DNA from: Bacteriovoracia bacterium
GTDB lineage: Bacteria > Bdellovibrionota > UBA1018 > CAIPTA01
Direction: 5' to 3'
Assembly (NCBI GenBank): GCA_050246755.1
Contig: JBFWVL010000002.1
Location: forward strand, 1 to 64,000
Length of the DNA: 64,000 nucleotides
Under the pieces are notes generated by a model. It was not told where the DNA came from, made no database searches, and saw only the letters and a program-made list of their open reading frames with translations. Shown here one piece after another: positions 45,770 through 56,464 of this stretch. Position 1 is the stretch's first letter; the number at the start of each line of letters is the position of its first letter. Both the position numbers and the translations under genes were made by a program.

Positions 45770-47743
45770 GTGAGATACCCATTCCTCATTTCCGCTCTTT
45801 CTTTGGTGCTGGCTCTGGCTTCTCGTCCAAGCCTTGCCCAGGAACCGCCTCTGGCAGAAAAGGTCCGCGACATCCAGCGCTTCGTGGATACCCAGTCCGA
45901 AGTGGGAGGACTAAAAAATCTAGAGATAGAAATAGGAAAGGGAGCGAAGGTTGTTTTCCGGCAGGAAAGCGCTCGTTCGGGAGTGATCCAAATCTTGAGA
46001 GGCAGCGAAGTAGTGCATACTCTGGATTTGCCCCAGTCCTTTCCCCTTCACGCGAATCAGTTCGCCATCGACCGGGTTCGATCCAGGGTGGGTTTTCTCA
46101 CGCAGTCGAATACCACGACACTGCAGATTCAGCCCATTGATGGAGCTTTACTCAAATGCCCCTCCCTGCAATTTTCTCCCTATGCCCGGATGGTCGAAAT
46201 GGCGGGAGAGTTTTTCGTTCTCGTTCCCGGAGATAAAAAATTAGAGCTCTATCGATATAGAGCAGCAGAGGGGAAGTGTGCAGTTGATTCGCTAGAAAGC
46301 GTTTCCATTTCGGCGGTGGAATCATTTCGGGTTGCCAGTGTAGGCAAGGAGCTTCACCTGTTTTTAGAGCAAGGGAATAAGAAAGACGGTTTGTATTTAG
46401 AATGGCTAATTTTAGATAAATCCGGAGCGCCAAAGGAAAAGCATATTTTTCCGGATTTCACTCCTGATTTCTCAACCGATCATTATTATACCGGCCCCTC
46501 CGTGAGTGAACAGGGCGTTCTGATTTCGCTCCTGAATAAAAATGGAGATACGAGAAGGCGCGGTATTTATTGGCTACAAAAAAACGGGTCCATTAAAGTG
46601 ATGGATGAAGCGGGACTGGCCGCTTGGTGGCTTCGGCACGGAGAAGTCTTGCTCCAGCGGGGTAAGCACGCCCGTGGCTCGGAACTCGTGGTGATAGACG
46701 CAAAAAACTTTCAAGAAAAAAGGAAGCTTACGACGGATGCCGGATACCAGCAGGCCGTTTACTTCGATGGGAACGCCGTTTCCTTCTTGGAGTATAAAGT
46801 GGGCGAACCGGTGGCGAGGGTTTCTGTAGAAGTTACCAGCCGAAAAAAGATAACCAGCAGCTCTCTGCTGGCTGCGCCTTCGCTCGGCCGGTTGCCGGTG
46901 GTAAAAGAAATTGAGTATATCCAGGCAGAGGGCTCAATTCCCGGGATGCTTTTGCTTCCGCCAAGCCTGAGAAGTTGCAATAGCACTAAAAAGGTTCCGG
47001 CCATCGTATATGTTCATGGAGGTGCCTTTGAAGCTCTCCCTGACGGACAATACAATACAGACACTGAAGCGCTGGCATTAAGCCAAATGGGCTTCGTGGT
47101 TTTGCAGGCGAATTATTTTGGAAACTTATTTTTTGGCAAAGAGTATCCGAGCCTCAGCCAGCGAACGATGGTGGAAGAGCGCGCTCGCCCGCAGTTGAGC
47201 GGCCTGGCGGCCGCGGGGAAATATGCTCAATCTCTTCCCTGCGTAGATAAGGGAAAAGTCATTTATTTTGGCCATTCCTACGGGGCGATCTTAGGGGGAC
47301 TATTCTTTACTGATGCTGCGCAAAAGAAATATTCTCCGTATAGGGCGGCGATTCTCAAGAGCGGACGCTATACCGAAGAGAATAACGGCGTTCTCCTTTT
47401 TCCTTCGAAACCTCCGGCGGCTCTTGCCGCCACCCGAGAATTAAAGAAGCGATGCTTTGGCTTTGGTGCCGACGAAAATCCCGATAGGCAATTCTGCGCA
47501 AAATTTTTAGAGGATCTAGTCGCCATTAGGCGTGCCGCAAACGCTCATACCCAAACGCCGATTTTCCTCATAACCGCCACGGACGACGGCGCGGCCGATA
47601 CTCAGCGCTTCGAGACCAAGCTGAGGGAGGTCCATCCCAGCGTGTATTCCTGGTACCCGGAAAACGCCCATCACTCGTTCCATGGGGTGCATGAAGTTGA
47701 GCTGGTAGAGAGAGTAAAAGAATTCGTCGATGGTCTGAACTAA
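45770..47743 (+). CDS. secreted S9 (prolyl oligopeptidase family) peptidase
   Basis: Signal peptide, VHGG, GHSYG, TDD and HHSF. Confidence 0.8.
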   Translation: MRYPFLISALSLVLALASRPSLAQEPPLAEKVRDIQRFVDTQSEVGGLKNLEIEIGKGAKVVFRQESARSGVIQILRGSEVVHTLDLPQSFPLHANQFAIDRVRSRVGFLTQSNTTTLQIQPIDGALLKCPSLQFSPYARMVEMAGEFFVLVPGDKKLELYRYRAAEGKCAVDSLESVSISAVESFRVASVGKELHLFLEQGNKKDGLYLEWLILDKSGAPKEKHIFPDFTPDFSTDHYYTGPSVSEQGVLISLLNKNGDTRRRGIYWLQKNGSIKVMDEAGLAAWWLRHGEVLLQRGKHARGSELVVIDAKNFQEKRKLTTDAGYQQAVYFDGNAVSFLEYKVGEPVARVSVEVTSRKKITSSSLLAAPSLGRLPVVKEIEYIQAEGSIPGMLLLPPSLRSCNSTKKVPAIVYVHGGAFEALPDGQYNTDTEALALSQMGFVVLQANYFGNLFFGKEYPSLSQRTMVEERARPQLSGLAAAGKYAQSLPCVDKGKVIYFGHSYGAILGGLFFTDAAQKKYSPYRAAILKSGRYTEENNGVLLFPSKPPAALAATRELKKRCFGFGADENPDRQFCAKFLEDLVAIRRAANAHTQTPIFLITATDDGAADTQRFETKLREVHPSVYSWYPENAHHSFHGVHEVELVERVKEFVDGLN

Positions 47744-48630
47744 GAGCTGATCGGCAAACCGCCCGTTTCGGCGATGATCGCGCCGGTCACGTAGCTCGAA
47801 TCCGCATCCGAAGCCAAGAATACGTAAACGGGCGCCAGCTCTTCGGGCTGAGCCGGGCGCTTGATCGGCTGGTCGCTGCCAAATTTTCTTACCTTGCCCA
47901 CGGAGGTTCCTCCGTCGGAAACATTGAGCGGAGTCCAAACGGGGCCGGGGGCCACGGCGTTCACGCGGATCCCTTTTTCCACCAGCATTTGCGCCAGCGA
48001 TTTCGTAAAAGTATTGATCGCGCCCTTGGTGGAGGAATAATCCAAAAGTTCTTTCGGCGCCATCGAGGCGGTTTCCGAGCTCGTGGCGATGATCGAAGAG
48101 CCGGGTTTCATGTACTTCACCGCCGCCTGTGCGAGCAGGAAGTAGGCGTATACGTTTGTCTTGAAGGTACGGTCGAATTCGGCGAGCGTGATTTCTTCGA
48201 TGCTGTCTTTGCGCATCTGGTGGGCGGCATTGCTCACGAGGATATCGAGAGCGCCGAATTTTTTTACGGTTTTCTCGATCACACTTTTGCAAAACGCCGG
48301 TTTCGTGAGGTCGCCGCCGAGGAGGAGGCACTCACGGCCAAGGCTCTCGATATATTTCTTCGTTTCTTCCGCATCACTGCGCTCTTCGGGCAGGAAAGTG
48401 ATGGCCACATCGGCGCCTTCGCGCGCGTAGATCACGGCCACGGCCCGGCCGATTCCGCTATCCCCGCCGGTTACGATCGCTACTTTGCCCGCCAGCTTTC
48501 CGGCCGGCTTATACAGCGGCGCTTCGAAAAGCGGGCGGGGCTTAATTTTGGATTCCAAACCGGGAGATTTTTGTTTCAAGGCCTTGCGAAAGGGGGGCTT
48601 TGGTTCGTGCTGGATTTGGGGGCTCGCCAT
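47740..48630 (-). CDS. SDR oxidoreductase, general-stress YhdF/YghA type
   Basis: TGGDSGIGRA, DYSSTKGAI and PGPVWTPL. Confidence 0.93.
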   Translation of the reverse strand: MASPQIQHEPKPPFRKALKQKSPGLESKIKPRPLFEAPLYKPAGKLAGKVAIVTGGDSGIGRAVAVIYAREGADVAITFLPEERSDAEETKKYIESLGRECLLLGGDLTKPAFCKSVIEKTVKKFGALDILVSNAAHQMRKDSIEEITLAEFDRTFKTNVYAYFLLAQAAVKYMKPGSSIIATSSETASMAPKELLDYSSTKGAINTFTKSLAQMLVEKGIRVNAVAPGPVWTPLNVSDGGTSVGKVRKFGSDQPIKRPAQPEELAPVYVFLASDADSSYVTGAIIAETGGLPISS

Positions 48631-48662
48631 GATTGCTCCTCAGAAATAGTTCTGAGAGCTCT

Positions 48663-48677
48663 GCAATGCGTATACCA
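48663..48677 (-). promoter_or_regulatory. sigma54 (-24/-12) promoter
   Basis: Minus strand TGGTATacgcaTTGC upstream of the start at 48630. Confidence 0.7.
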
Positions 48678-48754
48678 GCGCGATTGGGGAATTTTTCCCT
48701 GCGCGCTTAGCAATACTTGAACTTAACGCAGCGCTTGGCCGGCGGCGGCGGTGC

Positions 48755-51211
48755 TCAGCATTTAATCTTTTTATTCTCGGGATCGAAAAGGGGCTTTAGT
48801 GAAACGGCCGCCGGGTAGATCTTTCCGTTCACTTCCACTTCCCATTTGCCGGCGTCGAGCCAAGCCAAATTGATCGGCTCATTGCCGCCTTCGATCATGG
48901 CGAGGCCCACGGCCGCGCCGAGGGTATGGCCGTACGAAGCCGCGCGCACATAGCCCACGGGCTTGCCGTTGCGCCGTACCACTTCCGCATGGAACATCAT
49001 CGGCTCTGGATCCTTTAAGATCACTTGCACTAGGCGGCGGGTGAGGGGCGCGGCTTTTTGCTTGAGCGCTTCCTCTTTGCCGATGAAATGATCTTTCTTG
49101 AGGTCCACGGCGAAGCCGAGGCCGGTCTCGAAGGCATTATCAGTATTATCGATATCATGGCCGTAGTCGCGGTAGCCTTTTTCCATGCGCAGCGAGGCGA
49201 GGGCCTTGAGGCCCGCGTGTTTCAGGCCGAAATCGTCGCCGGCCGCTACGATGCGGTCGTAGACGTGCGTGGCTTGCTCGGCGGGAATATAAAGCTCGTA
49301 GCCGAGTTCCCCTAGGTAGGTGATGCGCACGCAGAGGACGCGAGCAAAACCAATATCGATTTCTTTGGCAGCGCGGAAAGGGAAGGCTTCGTTCGAGAGG
49401 TCGGTGGTGGTGAGCGACTGTAAGAGCTCGCGGGATTTTGGTCCCTGGATATTGAGCTGTCCATAGGCGGAGGTAACGTCGGTCACGAAGGCGAATTCGT
49501 CCGGTTGGATCTCGCGCTTCATCATCGTTTCGGCGTGGCGGAGCTGCGTATCGGTTACCACCACGAAGAATTTATCTTCTTCCAGTTTCGTTACGGTGAG
49601 ATCGGCTTCGAGCTTGCCGAATTTATTCAGCCATTGGGTATAGGTGATCATGCCGAGAGTGCCGTCTACGTTGTTCGCAGAAAGGCGGTTGAGTACCTTG
49701 CCGGCGTCGCGGCCCTGCACGAGGAATTTGCACATGAAGCTCATGTCCATGAGGATCACGCCTTCGCGTGCGGCTTTGTGTTCGGCTTCCCAATAAGGAA
49801 ACCAGTTATGCCGGCCCCAGCAGAGTTGCTCGACCACGGGCTCCACGCCTTCGGGGGCGTACCAATCGGCGCCTTCCCAGCCACTCACGTCTTTGAAGTA
49901 AGCGCCGGCGGCGGCGAGGCGATCGTGGAACGGAGATTTTTTGGCACCACGCGCGGTCTCGGGACTCTTCGTGGGGTAGTGGCATTTATACACCATGCCG
50001 AGGGATTCCACGGTGCGGGTTTTGCGGTACTCGGGATTGCGCTGGTAGGTTTGCAGGCGATCGATATTGAAACCGGTGATATCAGCCTGGGGATCGCCGG
50101 TCATGATCCAGTTCGCTACGAGGCGGCCCATTCCGCCACCGGTGAGAATCCCGATCGAGTTGAGGCCAGCCGCTACGAAATAATTTCTCAGCTCGGGCGC
50201 TTCGCCCACGATGGGGCGGAGATCCGGCGTAAAACTTTCGGGGCCGCAGAAGAACTTGCGCACGCCCACTTCCATGGATTTGGGCACGCGGCTCATGCCT
50301 TTTTCGAGGTAAGGGCCCATGCGGTCCCAGTCTGGCTGAATTTCGCCAAAAGAAAAGTCTTGGGGAATGCCTTCCACCATCCAGGGGGCGCAGATCGGTT
50401 CAAACATTCCCACCATCAGTCCGCCCACTTCCTGGCGGATATAGGCGTGAGAGGCGGGGTCTTCGAGCACCGGCATATTCTGGGGAAGATCTTTGATATC
50501 GTCGGTGATGAGGTAGTAGTGCTCGGCGGCTTGGTTCGGAATATTCACGCCGGCCATTTCGCCGAATTGGCGCGCCCACATACCCGCGCAGTTCACCACG
50601 TACTCAGCCTTGATATCGCCCTGGGCGGTGCGCACGCCGGTCACGTAGCCGTTCTTTTTCAGGATCCCGATGGCGGGAGTTTCTTCAAGGATGGTCACGC
50701 CCTGCATGCGCGCTCCCTTGGCCAGCGCCATGGTCACGTCGATGGGATTCACCACGCCGTCGTCTTTCACGTAGAAGCCGGCCAAGAGATCGTCCACCTT
50801 AGCGAGGGGAAAAAGTTCCTTCACTTGGCTGGGAGAAATTTCCTGCACGTCGATCCCGCAATAGCGGTTGAAGGCGGAAACGCGGCGGTATTCTTCGAGG
50901 CGGTCTTTATCGCTGGCTACTTCGATGAAGCCGATTTTTTTCAAGCCGGTAGCTTGCCCAGTTTCGGCTTCGAGGCGTTCGTAGAGATCGCGGGAATATT
51001 TGCGGAGCTCGGTGGAGGTTTCGGAAGTAGAACCGAACGTTACCATCAATCCGGCGGCGTGCCAGGTGGTGCCCGAGGTAAGGCGATCGCGTTCGAGGAG
51101 GACCACGTCTTTCCAGCCGGCGTGGGCTAGGTGGTAGGCGATAGAGCATCCGATGATGCCGCCGCCCACGATCACTACGCGTGCGTCTTGAGGTAATTTT
51201 TGATTCTGCAT
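48755..51211 (-). CDS. FAD-dependent GcvT-family dehydrogenase (dimethylglycine/sarcosine dehydrogenase-like)
   Basis: GGGIIG, TSGTTWHAAG, GPESFTPD, GELGYELY and SLRMEKGY. Confidence 0.93.
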   Translation of the reverse strand: MQNQKLPQDARVVIVGGGIIGCSIAYHLAHAGWKDVVLLERDRLTSGTTWHAAGLMVTFGSTSETSTELRKYSRDLYERLEAETGQATGLKKIGFIEVASDKDRLEEYRRVSAFNRYCGIDVQEISPSQVKELFPLAKVDDLLAGFYVKDDGVVNPIDVTMALAKGARMQGVTILEETPAIGILKKNGYVTGVRTAQGDIKAEYVVNCAGMWARQFGEMAGVNIPNQAAEHYYLITDDIKDLPQNMPVLEDPASHAYIRQEVGGLMVGMFEPICAPWMVEGIPQDFSFGEIQPDWDRMGPYLEKGMSRVPKSMEVGVRKFFCGPESFTPDLRPIVGEAPELRNYFVAAGLNSIGILTGGGMGRLVANWIMTGDPQADITGFNIDRLQTYQRNPEYRKTRTVESLGMVYKCHYPTKSPETARGAKKSPFHDRLAAAGAYFKDVSGWEGADWYAPEGVEPVVEQLCWGRHNWFPYWEAEHKAAREGVILMDMSFMCKFLVQGRDAGKVLNRLSANNVDGTLGMITYTQWLNKFGKLEADLTVTKLEEDKFFVVVTDTQLRHAETMMKREIQPDEFAFVTDVTSAYGQLNIQGPKSRELLQSLTTTDLSNEAFPFRAAKEIDIGFARVLCVRITYLGELGYELYIPAEQATHVYDRIVAAGDDFGLKHAGLKALASLRMEKGYRDYGHDIDNTDNAFETGLGFAVDLKKDHFIGKEEALKQKAAPLTRRLVQVILKDPEPMMFHAEVVRRNGKPVGYVRAASYGHTLGAAVGLAMIEGGNEPINLAWLDAGKWEVEVNGKIYPAAVSLKPLFDPENKKIKC

Positions 51212-51355
51212 TCTTCCCCCTAAATCGTCGATGGACTCGGCACTTTATCCGCCAAGGCGGGGCTCGTCAAATTCTTCGTCTCATAGAGGAATTCGCGGAA
51301 ATTCTTTCCGTTTTCATAGAGGAAATTGGGGTTATTTTGCAGCGCGGCGAAAGGC

Positions 51356-52633
51356 CTATGGGAGCTGAAACCGCTTCTTCAGGCGCGCCAGCTGAGTGGC
51401 GCCGGCTTTCACCACGAAACGGGTGCCTTCTTCTTCGAAACTTTCGGAGATCACCAGCATATTCGCGCGGATTTGGCCCACCATTCCCTCGAGGCGATAA
51501 GGAACGAACACTTCTTCCTGAATCATGCGGTCTTCGAAAAATTTTACGATCTGCGCGCGAAGCTCCGCGATGCTTTCGGGCTCGAGTGCCGAAGACTGAA
51601 TGGCGTTCGGAAATTCCAATTTCAGGCGCTTGCGCTGCCCTTCGGGCACGCGATCGATCTTATTGAGCACGAGCAGGCTGGGAGTTTTTCCGGATCCCAC
51701 TTCTTTGAGGGCTTCGTCCACCACTTCGAGCTGGGTGCGAAAATTCGGATCGGCGGCGTCCACCACATAGAGTAGAAGGGAAGCATTATTCGCTTCATCG
51801 AGCGTAGAACGAAATGACGCCACGAGATCATGCGGAAGTTTTTTGATAAAGCCCACCGTATCCGAAACCAAAATACGGGGTAGGGTCTCCGGTTTCAGGG
51901 CTCTAACGGTGGTGTCGAGCGTGGCGAAGAGCTTGTCTTCTACCAGTACCTCGCTGCCGGTGAGGGCGCGCATGGTGGAGGATTTTCCGGCGTTGGTATA
52001 ACCCACTAGCGCCACGCAGGCGAGCTCGGCACGAGAGGCGCGGCTTTGGCTGAGCTCGTGGTCTAGTCCCGCGAGCTCTTTCTTCAGTTCCGCCAAACGA
52101 TCGCGCACGTTGCGCCGGCCCGTTTCGAGCTCGCTTTCCCCGCCGCCGCGGCCCTGCTGGCGTTCTCCGCTCGGGCCTACTTCGCGCAGGCGCGGGGAAA
52201 GATAATTGAGGCGGGCGATTTCCACCTGAAGGCGGGCGGCGCGGGTTTTGGCGTGGCGGCTGAAAATTTCGATGATCACGCCGGTGCGGTCGAGCACCTC
52301 CACTTTAAGGGCCGCTTCGATCACCCGTAGCTGAGAAGGACGGAGGTCGCAGTCGAATACCACCACATTGGCGAGTTCGATTCCTGGGGAAGTGGTATCG
52401 GCCGCAGCCGTAGTGAGCTGAGCTAATTCTTCCAGCTTTCCCGCGCCCACGGCGGAGGGGCCGGTGGTATTCGGCATCCGCTGGAACTCTTTGCCGATCA
52501 CGCGAAAACCCAGGGTGGTAACTAGGCGCTCGAGCTCCTCGATGGAATCGAGGGACTCTTCGTCGCTTACGTCGGGGGTTTTTACGGAAACCAGGAGGGC
52601 TTTGGGAATTTCTTTTTCGGTCTTAAACGTCAT
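51356..52633 (-). CDS. hflX: GTPase HflX
   Basis: GYTNAGKS, DKLFATLD, DTVGFI and NKID. Confidence 0.95.
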   Translation of the reverse strand: MTFKTEKEIPKALLVSVKTPDVSDEESLDSIEELERLVTTLGFRVIGKEFQRMPNTTGPSAVGAGKLEELAQLTTAAADTTSPGIELANVVVFDCDLRPSQLRVIEAALKVEVLDRTGVIIEIFSRHAKTRAARLQVEIARLNYLSPRLREVGPSGERQQGRGGGESELETGRRNVRDRLAELKKELAGLDHELSQSRASRAELACVALVGYTNAGKSSTMRALTGSEVLVEDKLFATLDTTVRALKPETLPRILVSDTVGFIKKLPHDLVASFRSTLDEANNASLLLYVVDAADPNFRTQLEVVDEALKEVGSGKTPSLLVLNKIDRVPEGQRKRLKLEFPNAIQSSALEPESIAELRAQIVKFFEDRMIQEEVFVPYRLEGMVGQIRANMLVISESFEEEGTRFVVKAGATQLARLKKRFQLP

Positions 52634-52678
52634 TCGTCTTGGAATTAGACCAAGATTTTACCGGGAAAGCGAGGCCTC

Positions 52679-53536
52679 TTAACGGTCTTTGCGGAGGGAT
52701 TCGCGGAATTTTCCCGGGCTGGCCTTCGTATTGTTGCGAAAAAAACGGGCAAAATAATTGGGGTCGTCGAAGCCGAGAGCGTAACCGATGTCGGCAATGG
52801 GGTCTTCGGAATGGGCTAAGATTCGTTTGGCCTCGAGAAGAATTCGATCATGAATGATCCGCCGCGGTGGAGCGCCGACGGCCCTGCTTATTCTCATGGT
52901 GAGCACCTGGGCGGAAACACCTAGCTTTCGTGCGTAAAATTCCACCGAGTGCTCGTGGTGGAAGTGGCTTTCTACGAGTTCCTGGAAGCGCTCCGTTTCC
53001 GCGCTAACCTCCGGCATACGCGGGGAGGTGGAGCTGCGCCCCAGGGCAATCAATAAAATCCGCAAAAAATTCTCGTTCGCGAGTTCAAATAACGAAGGGC
53101 GATCGCGGAACTCGGCCAGCATCTCTTCCGCAAGGCTAAGAATTTTTTTCCGGTTGGCGCCGCTGACCTGCAACGAATCCGCGCTGCCGCGCAGCCACTG
53201 GAGGAGGGGGCCTTTCTCGCGAAGCGACTCCCCTGTGAACTCAATCACGTATCCTTTGGTGTTCTTCCCCAGCTGCCACGAGTGCACTTGTCCAGGCTTC
53301 ATCACGAAGATCTTTCCCGCCTCCACTTTAAGGCGGCGAAAATCAATTTCGTGCCAGCCCGACCCGGACTGGATTAACAGAATTTGGAAAAAATCGTGCT
53401 TATGGGGAAAGGGCACGCGGGGGCTGAGCCGCTCTTCGAGCTTTTCCGCGCGCACCGCGCCCCGGCCCACCTCCGCGATGCCGAGGGCGCGGAGAGGGTG
53501 TAGGATACCTAAGCTACTTGATTTCTTTACCGCCAT
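52679..53536 (-). CDS. AraC family regulator with cupin domain
   Basis: PHKHDFF and LGFDDPNYFARFF. Confidence 0.92.
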   Translation of the reverse strand: MAVKKSSSLGILHPLRALGIAEVGRGAVRAEKLEERLSPRVPFPHKHDFFQILLIQSGSGWHEIDFRRLKVEAGKIFVMKPGQVHSWQLGKNTKGYVIEFTGESLREKGPLLQWLRGSADSLQVSGANRKKILSLAEEMLAEFRDRPSLFELANENFLRILLIALGRSSTSPRMPEVSAETERFQELVESHFHHEHSVEFYARKLGVSAQVLTMRISRAVGAPPRRIIHDRILLEAKRILAHSEDPIADIGYALGFDDPNYFARFFRNNTKASPGKFRESLRKDR

Positions 53537-53746
53537 TTTCCTCTTCGCCCATCCGCTCCACGTTCTCCAGGAGCTCGGTGATGGGAAATATACTCAGGAA
53601 CGTAAGCAACGCTATTTTTAGCATTTTTTTCATATTTCTACCTCTCTTACTAATTCTACCTGCGGGAAACGAATCCGACAGGGACGGGCTTCGCGCGTAC
53701 TAGCACAAATTTCACAATATTGGCCGCGGGGATGGTAGGAATGAGT

Positions 53747-53998
53747 ATGGACGAGCCCAAGAAAATCAGGAAAAAAGACCCGCTCGAAGGCGTGACCTTG
53801 GAAAAGTTACTCACCGAGCTCGTGGAGCACTACGGTTGGGAAACGCTGGGCCAGGAAATCCGCATTAATTGCTTCAGCAACGATCCGAGCATCAAATCCA
53901 GCCTTACGTTTTTGCGGCGTACGCCCTGGGCGCGCACGAAGGTGGAAAAATTATATCTCAGCTATTTGCGCGAGAAGCAGAATCCAGAGGAATGGTGA
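53747..53998 (+). CDS. VF530/DUF2132 DNA-binding protein
   Basis: PLEGVTLE and [21 protein letters not shown]. Confidence 0.9.
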   Translation: MDEPKKIRKKDPLEGVTLEKLLTELVEHYGWETLGQEIRINCFSNDPSIKSSLTFLRRTPWARTKVEKLYLSYLREKQNPEEW

Positions 53999-55565
53999 CG
54001 GAGAAGGTGGATCCGGAGCCGAGCTCGCTGGCCACGCTGATCGTGCCCCCATGGGCCGCCACAATTTGCCGGGTGATATAGAGGCCTAGCCCCAGCCCGC
54101 TGATATTCTTGGAGGAGATCGCGCGCTCAAAGCGCTCGAAAATTTTGTCGAGGTACTCGGGGCTGATGCCGATGCCGTGATCGATCACCTGCAAAAGCGC
54201 GGCGGGGCCTTCGGTTGAGATAATCACCTGAATTGGCTTGCCGTCGCCGTACTTCAACGCGTTAGTGAGGAGGTTTTCCATCACCTGAGAAAGACGGGAA
54301 GTATCTCCACGCACCAGTAAAGAAGGTGGCGCCTGCAGGCTCACGGGAGAGCCTCGTTCCTCGGCCTGCGTGCGCAGCATGCTCAAGGTTTCCGTAACTA
54401 CGGCCACCAGATCCACCGGCGCGAGCGCGAATTGGAGCTTGCCGAGGGCGATCTTGGAGACGTCTAGCATTGATTCCACCAGCTGGGACAAGCGATCGAT
54501 TTGGCGGCTCGTGATCGTCACGAATTCGCGCATCTTGGCGGCGGGGTAATTCTCTCCGGTGATTTTCTTAAGGTCGCGTTCGAGGATTTGATTGCGTAGC
54601 TTCAGCGAAGTCAGGGGAGTCTTCAGTTCATGAGAGGCGATCGAAATAAACTCGTCGCGCACACGTATGTTTTCCGCAAGGCTGCGAGAGGAAATTCTTT
54701 CCTGCTCCATTTTCTTGCGGTCGCCGATGGGCTGCACGGTAACCAGGCGGACCTGTTTATTGCCGTCGGTGAAATTTTTAGCACGCACTTCAATATCTAT
54801 CGATCTCCCGTTTGCCCCTAGTCCCCGTGTTTCGTAAGGTGTTTGGTCGGCGAGACCGATTTTTTCCGCCGCGGATGCACGGTCGGCGGGATAAACGATA
54901 TCGAGGATGTCTTTGCCGACCAGGTCCTGCCGACTGATTCCTACCATTTTCGCTAGCGATTCATTGGCGTTTACGATCCGTCGGTTTTCGTGCACCAGCA
55001 CTCCCTCAAAGGTGGCATTGAACAGGAGCTGGAACTGCTCGTTGCTTTCGGCTAAGGCCCGGAGGGCTTTGAGCCGCGTGTGCATGCCGATATTAGCTTG
55101 CAGAACGATGGTGAGCAGGCCGGGAAGAAAAATGGAGTGGGAAAGAGAAGGAAGGAGGAGCGTGGCCGCGACTGACAGCGCGAGCACGAATCCCGAATAA
55201 AGCAGCAGCGCCGGCTCAGAAAGAAAACAATAGTTGATGGCCATCACGGTGATGAAAGCCCCGATGATCCAATTCGAATCTCCCCCATTGCGATAGAGGA
55301 GATAGAAAAAGTGCGCCGTGAGAAGCCAGACTCCTACATAGAGGAGCGGGCCGAGATGATTTTTCACGCGTTGACTGAAGTAGGAGAGGCCTAGGGCCAA
55401 AGCAAAAAATCCAACCACCGACAGGCGGGAGGAAAGGGGGTTGTAGTAGTTGGGGAGAAGGAGCTCCACTGCGAACCACCAAAGTAAATAAACGACCCCC
55501 GCCACTGCGTGGAGACGGCGCAATGTCACCAAATCTTTCCCTGGAATGGCCTCCATCGATGGCAT
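53958..55565 (-). CDS. membrane PAS-domain sensor histidine kinase
   Basis: TM bundle, PAS domain, [15 protein letters not shown] and GLGLGL. Confidence 0.93.
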   Translation of the reverse strand: MPSMEAIPGKDLVTLRRLHAVAGVVYLLWWFAVELLLPNYYNPLSSRLSVVGFFALALGLSYFSQRVKNHLGPLLYVGVWLLTAHFFYLLYRNGGDSNWIIGAFITVMAINYCFLSEPALLLYSGFVLALSVAATLLLPSLSHSIFLPGLLTIVLQANIGMHTRLKALRALAESNEQFQLLFNATFEGVLVHENRRIVNANESLAKMVGISRQDLVGKDILDIVYPADRASAAEKIGLADQTPYETRGLGANGRSIDIEVRAKNFTDGNKQVRLVTVQPIGDRKKMEQERISSRSLAENIRVRDEFISIASHELKTPLTSLKLRNQILERDLKKITGENYPAAKMREFVTITSRQIDRLSQLVESMLDVSKIALGKLQFALAPVDLVAVVTETLSMLRTQAEERGSPVSLQAPPSLLVRGDTSRLSQVMENLLTNALKYGDGKPIQVIISTEGPAALLQVIDHGIGISPEYLDKIFERFERAISSKNISGLGLGLYITRQIVAAHGGTISVASELGSGSTFSVTIPLDSASRANS

Positions 55566-55670
55566 CGGCTGAATCTAGAGGAATTTTTTTTAGAATGCTA
55601 CCGATAATGAGCCGCGTTAGGCTCTGCGCATTATCGCCGCAATTCTTGTTTGGTATGTAATACTATTCTT

Positions 55671-56447
55671 ATGGATACGCCCATTTTCTTAGCCTTATTG
55701 GGCAGTTTGGTGACCATTTTGTCTACGAGCCTGGGAGCCCTGCCAGCGCTCGCGGCACGCCGAGTTTCGGAACGCACGCAAGATACCCTCATGGGATTTA
55801 GCGCCGGAATCATGCTGGCGGCGGCGTCTTTTTCTCTGATCAATCCCGCGCTGCGCCTTACCGCGGAAAGCTCCGGGCGAGTGAACGGATCTTTGCAGGT
55901 GGGAGCGTTCATGCTTGGCGGGGCGCTCTTTCTGCACCTCTGCAATCGTTTCATTCCCCACGAACATTTTTCTACGGGGCGCGAAGGTGGGCCGTCCCAA
56001 ATTCAGCTAAAGCGCATTTGGCTTTTCGTGTTTGCCATCACCCTCCATAATTTCCCGGAAGGCCTCGCGGTGGGAACCGGCGTTGGCAGCCAAAGCCTAA
56101 AGCTAGCGCTGCCGATTCTCGTGGGCATCGGCCTGCAGGATCTGCCGGAAGGTTTCGTGGTGGCGATGGCGCTGCTCACGGTGGGGTATTCTTCGCGCCA
56201 GGCGATTGGCGTGGCCGTGCTCACGGGTTTGGTGGAGGGTTTCGCGGCGCTTTTGGGTTACTGGGCGGTGGTGGAAGTACGTTCGATTCTTCCCTGGGCG
56301 CTGGCCCTTGCTGGTGGTGCCATGCTCTACGTGGTGAGCGACGAGATGATTCCCGAGAGCCACCATAAAGAACACGCCAAGTACGCCACGGGCGGCCTCA
56401 TGGTGGGATTCGTGCTGATGATGATTTTGGATTCGGCGCTGGGTTAA
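55671..56447 (+). CDS. ZIP family metal transporter
   Basis: HNFPEG, QDLPEG and EMIPESH. Confidence 0.93.
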   Translation: MDTPIFLALLGSLVTILSTSLGALPALAARRVSERTQDTLMGFSAGIMLAAASFSLINPALRLTAESSGRVNGSLQVGAFMLGGALFLHLCNRFIPHEHFSTGREGGPSQIQLKRIWLFVFAITLHNFPEGLAVGTGVGSQSLKLALPILVGIGLQDLPEGFVVAMALLTVGYSSRQAIGVAVLTGLVEGFAALLGYWAVVEVRSILPWALALAGGAMLYVVSDEMIPESHHKEHAKYATGGLMVGFVLMMILDSALG

Positions 56448-56464
56448 TTTGTGACGGAGAAAGT

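Noticed and set aside
49505-51130. 541-aa plus-strand ORF
   Set aside because: It is antisense to the clearly identifiable GcvT-family dehydrogenase and has no motifs. The same applies to 23390-24079, 39284-39973, 47989-48720 and 60973-61671.
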